A stretch of 64,000 nt of DNA. It comes from the human T2T-CHM13v2.0 reference genome, Homo sapiens. Under the pieces are notes generated by a model. That model saw nothing but the letters and a program-made list of their open reading frames with translations, did not search any database and was not told the origin of the DNA. Within the stretch, counting starts at the first letter, position 1, and each line of letters starts with the position of its first letter. Position numbers and translations under genes: made by a program. The DNA lies in NCBI RefSeq assembly GCF_009914755.1, contig NC_060936.1; one strand, 5' to 3'. Positions 36,896 through 51,950 of the stretch are shown here, piece by piece.

Positions 36896-37060
36896 ACGCT
36901 AATGAACTGAAGACGATCCTTCGAGAGCTAAAGTACAGAATTGGCATCCAGTCGGCCAAGTTACTTCGGCATCTGAAGCAGAAAGATAGGCTTCTGCATA
37001 AAGTGCAGAGGAACTGTGATATTGTGACTGCCTGCTTGCAGGCTGTGTCACAGAAGAGAA
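36896..37060 (+). CDS. TBC1D30: TBC1D30 long isoform coding exon 2 (aa 160-214, coiled coil)
   Basis: Pyrimidine tract and gatag|AC acceptor. G+AC gives Asp, continuing exon 1: DANELKTILRELKYRIGIQSAKLLRHLKQKDRLLHKVQRNCDIVTACLQAVSQKR. Donor GAA|gtaagt. 165 nt. Confidence 0.93.
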
Positions 37061-37335
37061 GTAAGTACTGGAATTGGGTTACTTCTTTTGCCACATGCAA
37101 CTAGAATGTTAGGAAAGCTGAGCCAACAGTCTGTGTTTGTGAATATATTGAGAAGTTTTAAATGCAAGCTTATACCCTCAGAACTAAGAACAAGGAACAA
37201 CTCAGACAGTTTCCTATTTTTCAGTTAAAATGTATACTTCATGTCTAATGTTACAACCTTAGATTTATTATTCTAGATTTGAAGTAGTACTTTACTTTGA
37301 CAATAATTTTACCTAATGCTGAATGATTATTACAA

Positions 37336-37654
37336 TTTTATTTTATTTATTTATTTATTTATTTGAAACAGAGTCTCACTCCGTCACCCAGGCTGGAGTG
37401 CGGTGGCGTAATCTTGGCTGAATACAACCTCCGCCTCCCAGGTTCAGGCAATTCTCCTGTCTAAGCCTCCTGAGTAGCTGGAACTACAGGTGCCCGCCAC
37501 CAGGCCTGGCTAATTTTTGTATTTTTAGTAGAGACGAGGTTTCACCTTGCTGGTCAGGCTGGTCAGGCTGATCTCAAACTCCTGATCTCAGGTGATTCAC
37601 CCTTCTTGGCCTCCCAAAGTGCTGGGATTACAGGCGTGAGCCCCTGCGCCTGGA
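37336..37654 (-). mobile_element. AluS
   Basis: (TTTA)n tail plus consensus. Confidence 0.88.
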
Positions 37655-37683
37655 CAAATTTTTATTTTTAAAACAGCATCACT

Positions 37684-38006
<323 letters not shown>

Positions 38007-38755
38007 TCACACAGACATAACCTAAAAGGCATGTCCTTTTTCTCTTATTCTGTGTTGCTACAGTAAGTGAATTAAATAATTGATTTAAAGAAATCGATTC
38101 TTGTAACAGGACCTTAACAACTTGCTCTGAAATCTGAAGATGGCAACATAGTTTAGCAAATGTAACCTATCTCTTGCATAATCATAACTAAGAGCTGTGT
38201 GGGAGCTGTGTGGTTTGTTAATCAATTAAAAATAAATTGTTAAATTGCTGATACACATTAAATACTAGGTATAAAACCTTGTGAATTAATTTTAAAATTC
38301 TCCATGCAATAGCCTTATGTTTTATTCTGCTAACATTTAACTATTTTTGTTTTGCATTCTTTATTAACATGCAGCATGGCAGAACAGTATGCTCAGGTAT
38401 GGTAAATATAGGTACAATGATGTTTTTGATAAAATGCCTGTGACAGCTTTTCAGGCGATTGTGGAAGTTGCCTTTTGTTGCTCTTTCACTCTGTCACATT
38501 TTGTACGTAAATTGACACCTCCTAGAGTGCTTTTTTTTCAAAATTGCAAATTAAGATGTGTTTGCTTTCATGAAACAATTTTTGGGGTTTGATTAGTTTC
38601 TGGTAATGAAATTAATCGCTTAAATTTCATTCTTATGTTTATTATTAAAAGAAAATCCTGTATTTTCTTGCTTCTCTTCTATTATATTGCTGTTTGTTAT
38701 CCCTAAAGTATTATTTATGCTGTTTATTAAAGAAGGTTTTACCTAATAGATATTA

Positions 38756-39065
<310 letters not shown>

Positions 39066-39205
39066 GAGTGCTGCTTGATTATCATAATAATATCACTGTC
39101 GTTCATACAAACAGGAATGCGATTGAGTAGACTGACTTTGAATAGGCTTTTCTCCAGAGTCAAGCACTTGTCTGACATAGCTAGAGAAGGAAGAAGGGTG
39201 TGTAG

Positions 39206-39207
<2 letters not shown>

Positions 39208-39240
<33 letters not shown>
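39208..39240. repeat. (GT)n microsatellite
   Basis: About 16 GT units. Confidence 0.95.
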
Positions 39241-39241
<1 letters not shown>

Positions 39242-40179
39242 TTTGTGTGTAGCTATTGAAAGGTGGCATGTATTATAAGTATTTGATAGTTTTCCATTAA
39301 TTCTGATTGATTTACACATGTCAAGTTAAAAAATATTTTCCCCTTCTATTATGAGATACCTTGGTTTTGATTCTTCTCCTTTCAACTATGTTTATATCCT
39401 ACTCATTATTATTGTTTGTACCAGCAGCTGAAAGCACAGAATGGTAAATGCATGGGTTTTTGATGTGTGGGAAAGTATAAGGGAGGGTGGAACAAGTTCA
39501 GGAGATAGAGAGGTATATCAGGTTAGTCCAGGGTCACAGATTGGTGGATTCTATTGTTAGTTACTAGGGACTGATTATCATTTGGAATTTAAATTTACTT
39601 GATTTATATAAGGACTGGCATTTATGTCATTTTAGAAAAATGTGCCCACAAGCGCTCACCGTAATTCATGAATTTGTCAATGCATCCTTCCTATGTATTT
39701 TAGAGTTTGTCTCTTTAATTCCAGCCAGGGTTTTGCATTTCAGAGAATACAGGGTTGTCTGGCACCTTTCCTGAGAGTTCAATTCTCTCTTTGCTAATAA
39801 GACCCTATTCAATGGAACAGAATGTTTTTTGGTAAGAAATAACTGCATTAGAATTATTACTTTCATCACAGGATACTGTATTTTGATATAGACACTGTCA
39901 AAAATTTGACTACATGGTTATTTACCCATCTTAAAACTCCAGAGGTTAGATATTTCATGACTAAATCCCTGATTCCAGTAGTTGCATGTTTTGCCTCTTT
40001 CCTCAAAGTCAACTAATTCTAAAGAATTGAGATTTTTTAAAAAAACTGAGATTTCACTATCACACTGAATAACATATTGACTTTCTTGTATTTAGTTTGC
40101 AGAAGTTCAGATAATCCCCATTTTGGCCTCCACATAGATTTGATGCTTATGATTCTTTGCATAAGTGACTTTTCCCCTT

Positions 40180-40496
40180 CTTCTTCCTTCTTCTTCTTTT
40201 TTTTTTTTTTTTTTGGAGACAGAGTCTCACTCTGTCGCCCAGGCCCAGGAGTGCAGTGCTGCAGTCTTGGCTCATTGCAATCTCTGCTTCCCGGGTTCAA
40301 GCGATCCTCTTACCTCATCCTCCCGAGTAGCTGGAACTTAGGTGGGTGCCACTATGCCCAGCTAATTTTTGTATTTTTTGTAGAGACACAGTTTCACCAT
40401 GTTACCCAGGCTGGTCTTGAACTCCTGGGCTCAAGCAATCTGCCCTCCATGGCCTCCCAAAATGCTGGGATTACAGGTGTGAGCCACCTCACCTGA
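40180..40496 (-). mobile_element. AluJ
   Basis: Alu consensus. Confidence 0.85.
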
Positions 40497-41919
40497 CATA
40501 TTTTTCTCCTTCTATAACATGCTATAGAATAAAAACTATTTTATTGTTTTATTAAACTGGGTTATTTCTTGTTAATACACAAAAGGGAATATAGTAATTT
40601 TGAAATAAGAGTCACAAGTAAATATAATTAATGAACCAAAATGGCTAGATCATTTTTATTTCTAACACAAATGACATAGCTACTTACATTTTATGGTTTC
40701 CTACACCAAGCCTTATAGTAGTATCTCCTTGTTTTAAAACTGGGCTGGGAATAAGAAAAACAAGATCAATATTGTATTATAGAAGATCATACTTTTTTTT
40801 CCCCTATATTTAACCATTTAAGGATAACCATGGTATAACCAATTTAATACTGAAAATTGATAATAAGAGCAGCAGCAGCTGTTACCATTCACTGAGTACA
40901 TGCTTTATGCCAAACTTGCTTTTATTTCTCACAGCAACTTCAAAATGGTATGTAGCTTTAGGCATATTTTATTAGGAAACTGATTCAGAAAGGTTAAGTA
41001 ATTTGGCAAGCGTCACACAGCTGGTAAGTATTTGAGATAGGATCTGAAGATAGGTATCTCAAAAGTCCACACTTTACATTATAAACTGTGACATAAGAGG
41101 GTTCTACTTTTTCTTAGCAGTTAGATAGATAACTATAATGTTATTGGAATACAACTGAGCAAGAATAAATTTATAACATGAGTTATAAATACAGAGTTTC
41201 TGGTTTATTAGAACGTGTGGCTTCAGCATAGTTTGCATATGAAATCAGTACTTTATCTTTCTTGGGCCAAATGGATTATTGAACAAATGTAGCTTAGTGT
41301 GCAGGAAAATACACCTAAAAGCTTCAAGGCACAATTAGAAGAATAAAAAGAGTATTTGGTCAGAAGGTTGATTCTGATGTTAGGATTTTTAAGTGGCTTG
41401 CTTAACCTGTTTTTCCTGAAAGCAGAAGGAAGGTCATATTAATTATTAGCATTGTATAGTTTTGCTATTTCCTGCATTGGTATAGTAAATGTTTAAGTTA
41501 TGCTGATTGAATTTGTGAAGTAGTTTTACAGATCAAGTGATAAAATCTAGCTGTCACTTGAAAACTGAAAAAAAACATGAACAAAATGTGAATATATGCA
41601 GAAATATTATCTTAGCTTTGCTGATCAATATAGAAATTTTAGACAGCTTACAGCCTAATTTTATTAATGTGTCCACTCTCACATCCTGATAATAATGTGA
41701 TTAAATCTTACTATGATAAATGCCTAAAATGCCTGGTAGAGACTGATGGTTTGTGAAATAGGTGAATAATCTTTTTCTTTTCATAATGAGTGTCTTCTCT
41801 TCATTAATACCTTGTCCTCTGTGGCAGGAAAAAGAATTTGTGTGGTCCTGAGTTTGGTGGCACTAAAACTCAACATTTTCCACTAAAAGACAATTCTCTT
41901 TGTAAAATTATAAAAATAA

Positions 41920-42400
41920 TCCACCCAGCCGGCATTTTCACTCCTAGATTTCTACCCGAGAGAATTGAAGACATATGTCCCCACAAAAACTTGTACAAAA
42001 ATGTTCATAGCAGCATTGTTTATAATAGCCAAAAAGTAGAAACAATTCAAATGTCTATCAATGGATGAATGGATATATCAAATGTGATTATTATTCATAT
42101 AATTGAATATTATTCAGCCATAAAAGAATGAAGTATTGACTCATGTTACATCATGGATAAACCTTGAAAACATTATTCTAAGTGAAAGAAGCCAGACAAA
42201 AAAATTACCATATTGTATGATTCCATTTGGCAAATATGTAGAGACAAAAAGTAGATTAGTGGTTGCTAGAGGCTGGGGGTAGGGGAATGGGCAATGACTA
42301 CTAATGGTATAGGTTTCTTATTGGTGTGGTGAAAATGTTCTGGAATTAGTTAGTGGTGATGGTTGTACAATTTTATGGCATGTGAATTATATAAAATATG
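41920..42400 (+). mobile_element. L1M (L1MB/ME) 3' fragment
   Basis: aatgttcatagcagcattgtttataatagccaaaa and gataaaccttgaaaacatt motifs. Confidence 0.75.
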
Positions 42401-42497
42401 ATAAAGTGTTAAAAATGTAATATACCCATGGAAGCTTTGGAAAATACAGAAATGTAAAAGGAAGAGAAAAAATTATTTTTTAAAGACAGTCCCTTAG

Positions 42498-42899
<402 letters not shown>

Positions 42900-43579
42900 T
42901 GTAGGAAGGTTTTAAATTATCGATCCAGCTTTTAAAATAACTACAGGATTATTTGTATCTTCTATTTCTTCTTGTGTCATCCCTGGTGTATTATACAGAA
43001 TTTGCCATAACTTTTCACATTTGCAGGCATAAAATTATTAAGAATATTTTGGGTGTTCCTTTAGTTTTTCAAGATGTTAAAACAATTTCACTGATTTTAA
43101 ACAGGAATTCACTTACTACTTAAAATATCTTTTATTATAGAATGTATCATAAACAAGAGAATGTAATACATATATGTATTTTTTAAAGAATAAGTAAACA
43201 AAGGTGTATACATGTGGATATTCACCTGTCAAGCTTGAGTAACAAATATCACTGGCATGTTAAAAGCTCCCTGTGTGCTCCTTCCTGGCTGAAATCTCTC
43301 TCCCCCACATTTGTGTTAACCATTACCTTGCTTTTCTTTATACTTTCTCCACTTCCTGTATAGGTTCCTAAGCAATATATGGTTCTGAAAAACAGAGTAG
43401 CAAGCCCAAGCCTTGTTATGTGGGGAAAGGGTAATGTTGCTATCTTAGATAAAACCTTTCAGAAGATAAACTATACTGTCTCTGGGTCCCAACCTGGTTT
43501 TAGGTTCCCTTCTGGGGAAGTCAAAGGGCAAGGTTATAAACGAGCCCTGTGACTTCTGCCAGGCTATGCTTTAGGCTAG

Positions 43580-43889
43580 TTATTATTTATTTATTTATTT
43601 TTGAGATGGAATCTTGCTGTGTTGCCCAGGCCGGAGTGCAGTGGTGCGATGTTGGCTCACTGCAACCTCTGTCTCCCGAGTTCAAGCGATTTTCTTGCTT
43701 CAGCCTCCCCAAGTAGCAGGGATTACAGGTGTGTGCCACCACACCCAGCTAATTTTTTTTTAATTTTTAGTAGAGATGGGGTTTCACCATGTTGGCCAGG
43801 CTGGTCTTAAACCCATGACCTCAAATGATGCGCCTGCCTTGGCCTCCCAAAGTGCTGGGATTACAGGCATGAACTACTATGCCCAGCCT
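43580..43889 (-). mobile_element. AluS
   Basis: TSD TAGGCTAGTT. Confidence 0.88.
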
Positions 43890-44073
43890 AGGCTAGTTAT
43901 GGAATAATCAACTAGGTTGGGGGAGAGGCTTGCTTTTTGTTTTTGATTCAAAGCTCAGCAAGGCCTTTCCATGCTCTCCCCTCCATGCCCACAGAAGTAT
44001 TGTGCTTTGGCCTACTTCTAGGAGCAGGAGCAAGGCCATGGTGAGCTTTGAATAAAAAATAAAGAGCAAGCTT

Positions 44074-44700
<627 letters not shown>

Positions 44701-44759
44701 CACAAGTACAGATGAAAATATGGATGAGTTCTCCTGGGCATTCTGTCCTTCAGTTAGAA

Positions 44760-46700
44760 AGATGGTCCGGCAGCAGGAAGCCTCTTGTGTTGACTTCCCT
44801 CACACGACTGTTGATTGAGCCACGCTGCTCCACTCCCTACTGGCTGGGCTCCATCTGCATGCACTGCCATCCTGGGAGCCTCATTGTGGAGGCTTTCTTT
44901 GTCTCTCTCCTGTGGTGGATCTCTTGTATCCTGGATCTTATATTTCTTTCTTGATTATTCTTTTTATTTTGTTTCCCATATCCCCTTGAGAGAGAGTGCT
45001 TGTGAAGTAAGTTTTTGGTAACTGTGCACGGGTGAAAATGTCAAATGTCTTGATTCTAAATATATGCGCTTTGATCGACTATTCTATACTTGCTGTATTG
45101 CCTTCTCACTTGTCTTGTTGCTCTTGAGAAGGCTGAAGCCTTTCTGATGCCTGACACTTTATCCTGGACTGTTTATTTTTTTTCCCTTTAAGAGCTTGTG
45201 GACTGTTCTCCTTGTTCTTGGTGTTCCTGAAATACAACAATCATGTTGCTTGGAGTGGGTCTGTTTTCACTCAGGTCATTGTCACTGGGCCTAGACAGGC
45301 TCTTTCAATCAGGCAACTTTTGTCATTCAGTTCTGGAAATTTTCTCTGAATTATTTCTTTGTTGATTTTTCTCCCTCCTTTTTCTTTTTTCTTTTTCCTC
45401 TTTCTGGGGTTCTATTGTTTGGCTGTTGGAACTTATAGACAAGTTCTGTAATGTTCTTTCTTTTTTTTTTGAGACAGGGTCTCGTCTGTTGCCCATGTTG
45501 GAGTGCAGTGGTGCAATCGTGGCTCACTGCAGCCTTGACCTCCTGGGGCTCAGGTGATCCTCCCATGTCAGCTTCCTGAGTAGCTGGGAGGTGCACACTA
45601 CCACATCTGGCTAATTTTTGTATTTTTTGTAGAGATGGGGTTTCAACCACATTGCCCAGGCTGATCTCAAACTCCTGGGCTCAATCAAGTGATCCCCCTA
45701 TCTCGGCCTCCCAAAGTGCCAGGATTACAGGTGTGAGCCACTGCACCTGGCTGTAACGTTTTCTCTCTTTCTCGCTTTCCAACTCCTTGTTCTTTTGATT
45801 TATTTCCTTGGAGATTACCTCAACTTTATTTTCCAGTCCTGTTATTGAGAAATCTTTTTGGGTTGCTATTTGAATGTTTCTTTTATATGGTATCCTGTTC
45901 TTGTTTCATAGATGCAATATATTTTCTTATTGCTCTAAAGATATTATGATAGAGACTAAAACAGACAAAAGAAAACAATTTGGAAGAGATAAGATTATAC
46001 AGGGAGGAAAGAAACTTTCAAAACTGTATTATATTTAGAAGCTTTCCTTAGATGTCTGGTTTTCTTTGGCTGTCTGCTCATAAGTAAGTGTGGGAGTCTA
46101 AATGCTGACTTGAACTCTGGGCTCCCTGGCAGGGCTTATTGACTTTGAGCTTCATTGAAGTGCCATGTGGATGGGCCCTTTGTTGTGGAACCCCTCAGGT
46201 CAGTATCTTCAAGTCTTTCATCTGGGCTGGTCAGATTCTTCAAGGAAGAGTCTTTTGATCTCCTGCTCGAAGGGTGAAGGTCTGGCTGCTGGTATTTTGG
46301 GAGCCGAGTGGGGTGAAGAGAGCTGGGAGTCTCTGCATTCAGTATGCATATGGCCACTGAGTCCCTGTTTTAGGTAAGGTACTCACCCTCAGCTGGTTGT
46401 CCAAGGACTCTGTTATCACTCTCTTCAAAAATAAGACTCTTAAACTTTTGCAGGGGTGGGAAAGTGGTAATTGCCCAACCTTATGAAGAGAGGAACGAGG
46501 GATCCAACTACTTCTCAACAGCCTTCTCCCCATATTTCTTGTCAAGCCTCCTGGGGAACTGGTTGCCAATCCCCAAGTCTCTTGTGGACTGTGTAGTATA
46601 ACATAAGTTGGATTTCAGCTTTCCTGTTAGTTTGGGATTTGGCTTTCTAGGATCCTCTGTCAATTTATGTTTGTTTGCTTTTCCAGCTTCAAAAATTCAT
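44760..46700 (-). mobile_element. Old L1M 5'/ORF1 remnants (approximate), interrupted by an Alu
   Basis: T-rich degenerate antisense L1-like motifs (ttcagttctggaaattttctctgaatt, ctcaactttattttccag). Confidence 0.45.
45456..45752 (-). mobile_element. AluJ
   Basis: TSD CTGTAA(T/C)GTT. Confidence 0.88.
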
Positions 46701-47432
46701 TGCTGTTCTCCATGCTCCTTTTTTTTTTTTTTTGTCCTTCACTCTGGTCCTTGCGGGTTATGATTTAAAAATTATCTTTACAATATTTTTAGTGTGGTTT
46801 TGGTGGGGACCAAAGTTAGATGCTTTTTTTTTTTCAATCTTCCGTCTTACCCAGATGTGCTTTTTCCTTTTTCATAAACTCATTTCTTTTGAGAGACAAA
46901 AATAAGTTATCATTTAGATTAGGGTAGATTTGCCTTAAATTTGGAATTTGCCTGCAAAATTGTGAATTTAATTACAAATTTGTTAATATTGATAACCGTT
47001 TTAGGTATGTTTTTGATATATAATTAGCAGCCTGGTCTACCCTGAAATAACTTAGAATATGACTAGATGAAAGAAACTGATTGAGCTTGCATACAGCATA
47101 TTTTAGCAACAGTTTCTCCTCATTTTCTTTAAGCTCTTTAGCATCTTAAAGTTAAGAGTTTTTTTTTTTTTTTCATTTTGTCATAATTTACTTGTGTTTC
47201 TTATGACCTCGTTATAAAGGGGTTGATTTGTAGGAAAACTGAATCTTAGTCACGGTAATTGGGAGCTACTAGAAATTTTTAAAAAATGATCTCCATTTAC
47301 CCACAACCTTTGGTTGAGCAAAGGGAAACTTGGAAAAGTTGAACTTTGCTGAAACTCACTCAGCTGGTTAGTGACTCAGGAGTTTTTTGTTTGTTTTCTC
47401 TTGTCAGTTATGGCAAGAGAAAACTATATATA

Positions 47433-47451
47433 CAGCCAGCAGGGGGAGCTC
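47433..47451 (+). promoter_or_regulatory. Candidate CTCF site
   Basis: CAGCCAGCAGGGGGAGCTC closely matches the CTCF core CCAGCAGGGGGCGC. Confidence 0.55.
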
Positions 47452-48074
47452 CTTCCCTTAAGCTTACGTGAGAGAAGTATTATACTATTTATGTTCTCTG
47501 TATTGCCACAAGGGTAAGACAGCCTTTAAGACTAAAAATGATACAACATCAGATAGACACCATATGAAAGAAATAAAGGGAACTTTTGTTGGAACTACCA
47601 TGTATATGTATTGTGACCATTTTTGTGTTTAGTTATATTATGAGAGAATACTTCTAGAAGTGGGGATATTTTGCAATTTATAGTTTAAAAAGAGGCATTT
47701 ACATTAAACCATTTTTTAGAGACTATATCTTTCAAAAGCGTTATTCATTTAACAGATATTCTGTGTTTACTATTTCCCACACATGATTGTAGGTGCTGGG
47801 AATATGGTAACAAGCAATATATCAAGATTAAGACCTCACGATTTGAAGTTCTTTTATACGAAGTGTAAATACAAGCCTAAAAGAAATACTTTTTCCCCCA
47901 AAAGAATTGACTCTTTAATTTGGTAGGACAATCAACTGCATTTTTCCTATGTCAACAGCAAAATATAAGATGATAATATGACTTATACTGAATGCTTACT
48001 TTTAGGAATTTCACATATATCTTCAAGTATCATTCTCCTCTGCAAAAAAAAAAAAAAAAAAAAAAAGACTATTC

Positions 48075-48250
48075 CAGTGTTCTTAAGCTTTGCTGCATAT
48101 TGGAATCACTTGAAAAATTTAAAAAGGCTATTAATGCCTGGCTCCCCAGCCCAGACATTCTGCTTTTACTGGCATGGAGTGTGATCTAAACATTGTGATT
48201 TTTAAGCTCCCTGGGCTATTCTAATGTGCAGAAAAGTTTGGGAACTGTTG
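48075..48250. mobile_element. MER5-family hAT-Charlie MITE
   Basis: CAGTGTTCTTAAGCTTTGCTGCATATTGGAATCAC...TTCTAATGTGCAG...TTTGGGAACTGTTG termini. Confidence 0.7.
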
Positions 48251-49619
48251 GACTGTTTCCTAATAGTGACAGCTTCCTGAAGACAAGCTCCTTTGAATCT
48301 CTTTTCTTCCTGTTGTGTCACCTTGCACAACATATTTGACCTAGCAGTGATCAATAAACATCCAGTGCTTGGTTTCTTACTAACTCTGCTTAGAGTTTAT
48401 GGTCATCAGCATAATGACTCACTTGTGTACATATTTAACTTATTTATTCCACTCTTTGTCATTTTCACCTTGCAAAACCCCAAGCCTGATTAAACTCAAG
48501 TCTCTGCACATTCTGTCTCTGCATCTACCTAGCTGACTGCAGCTGCAGAAACACATATCATGGGGACGACTCTCTTTAAATATGTGACCACCAGCCTCAC
48601 AGACACCCTTGGTACAACCAGCAATCCTATGATATTTCTTTAGTCTGTTCATACTCTCTCTCTCTTTCCCTTTTTACATCCTATTTTCTCCCCTCGCTCT
48701 CAGCTGGTGATTTTTGCTGTGTATTTTAACAGAGAAAATGTAAGCAATCAAAAGCGAATGTCCTCATACTCCCACCTGTATAGGTGGCATTCCTCTGAAC
48801 CTCGAGATGAACTGTTCAGCTCTTCTGGGGTACCCTGGATCCATCTTGTCTTCCCTACTCAAGGAATCATCCTTCTTCTTGTCTCTCTTCCTTCATCAGG
48901 TTTTCCATCTCTGCTGGATGATTTCAACCAGTATAGAAGCATGTCATTTTATCCTTAATCTGAAACCAAACATTAAAGTCATCTCTACACCTCTCTTCAG
49001 CCATCATTCTGGTTTTCTGTGCCTCTGCTTTTTCATCTGTAAAATGGACAATAGTATTGGCCCTACTTACCTCTTAGAACTATGTTTTGAAGACAGAATT
49101 GAAAGTACTTTGAAATGTTAAATGTGTACATGTATATATGTAATTGTTTATAAATTCAAAAGTTCTGTGTTGAGTACCTGCTGGGTGCTAACATGCAAAG
49201 AAGAAGAAAAATATACAGTATCCTCAGTGAGCTTTCAGAAGAATAAAGTCAGAGAAGCAAATAAAAAATTACAGTATAATAGTTCTAATGGAGGTTGTGG
49301 TATATTGAAATAGATTTTTTGACAACTGCCATTTTTACACATCATGTGCTGACATTTTGAAGTATTCTGAATCCATCTTTCCAATATAATCAGCTAACAA
49401 ATGGTGGTTTTCACTGTACCAGGTTTCAGCTTGACATTCCAATGAGTCTTACACTGTTTCAGGATAGAATTATGTATTTTTATGAAATTGGAGGAAAATG
49501 CTTAGGAGAAGGTGTTGCTGACATAGGAGAATTTCAGGCAAGTCAAGGCTGATTTGATATTCTCAAGACAAGGACTCGTTTGAGTGGTATTAGACTACCT
49601 GAAAGACCTCCTATTGTAA

Positions 49620-50097
<478 letters not shown>

Positions 50098-50204
50098 TCA
50101 GGCACCTTTCTTAAGAGCAGGGATGGAGAAAGGTGAGAGAAGCCTGGGCTTCTGATGATGTGCCTCTGGAGAGCTGATGGGATGGGAGGGGGGCACATTG
50201 GTTG

Positions 50205-50420
50205 AGAACATGGACTCTGGAGCCATGTCCCCTGGGCTCAGATCCCAGTTTTGCCACTTACTAGTTCTACAGTCTCATGCAAGTTCCCCGACCCCTCTGT
50301 GTTTCAGTTTTCTCATCAGTAAAATGGGAATGATGGTACTTTCACTTCATAGGATGGTTATGTGAATTAAGTGAGTTAAAGTATGTAAAATGTTTAGAAA
50401 ACTGTCTGGCTGTAGTATTT
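50205..50420. mobile_element. MIR
   Basis: ctctgtgtttcagttttctcatcagtaaaatggg core. Confidence 0.7.
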
Positions 50421-50837
50421 ACTACTACTGCAATAATTCCCACTGTGGGAGGTTCAGAGGTTGCCTTTGCCATCAGCATTTGCATCCTAGCCTGTGTAAG
50501 GCAATTATGAAGGTTGCTGGGCTTTTCACTTATAAAAGAAATTGATGAGATGGGTTATTTGAGGAGCAGGTGTTGAATAATCACTGTTAGGGATAATATA
50601 ATTTTTTAACTCTTCGGGAAAGGATTGCTTCCTCTTCTCCAATAACATGCAAGAAGAGTGCTCTTCCTCTGTGTGTTTCCATTGAGAATGTGATACGTAA
50701 ATGTGTCTTGGGGATACATGTTATATCTGATGGTCAGCCTTGTGTGTACAAAGGGCAATAGGAGCAAAGGTGGGAACCACCCTAATCTTCAAAGCACTAG
50801 GGAACATGGGGAAGTGCGATTAGAAAAGGCTGATAGA

Positions 50838-51139
<302 letters not shown>

Positions 51140-51140
<1 letters not shown>

Positions 51141-51950
51141 AGCCTGATAGAAATGTGCCCTGTGGACAGGGGTAGGAGGGGTGGCAGACATTCCATGCAG
51201 AGATAAGGGCACAGAGGCTGAGGGAGCATCAGGTATTTGGGATACTCTTGGTAATCAACAATTGCTAGATACAAAACTAGAGGCTGGAGGGAAGTGGCAG
51301 AAGTTGAGACTGGAGTTTAGATTGTGTGTCCTGTAGCAATATCTCCCTGAGCACAAGAGTGATGCGACTGGGTTTTCATGTTTCAGAGGTCATTTTGACA
51401 GCAGTGAGGACAGGCTGGATAAGGTGAGTGGATGTGAGGAGTATTGGGAGAGGCGAATGGAATCAGCTCGTAGAGTCGATGGGCCCTGGGAAAGGGGCTC
51501 CTGGAAGTGGAGGAAAGGCAATGAGATATTTAGGAGGGAGATTCAGTGGGACTGGAGAGTGTGATATGGGAAGAGGAGGAATCTGGGTGGATGTGAGGGC
51601 TTGAGTAAGATGTGGGAGGCTGCAGCAGAGATCCCTCAGGTACCACATGTAGACTGCGAGGGAAGGGAGTGACCTGTTAGAGAGGGCAGAACCCTGGGAG
51701 AGAGAAGAGCCAACAAGGAGAGCAGCGTGGAAGATGCTGTGGGAGGCTAGAGGCAGGGTCTCAGGGAGATGCAGGGTTAGCTTCCACAGAACAGCTGTCA
51801 ACAACATGTGTACATATAGTTAAATAGAGAAGTAAGAAAAGGTTGTGAAAGAGCATTGGAATTTTCCCTTTTAAAAATGATGTTTCATTTAAGAGGAGTT
51901 TCTGTTTCATGCAATGGTGGGGACAGAAGCCACATTACACTTGGTTTCTC
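51140..51950 (-). mobile_element. L2 fragment
   Basis: Purine-rich degenerate L2-like sequence. Confidence 0.45.
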
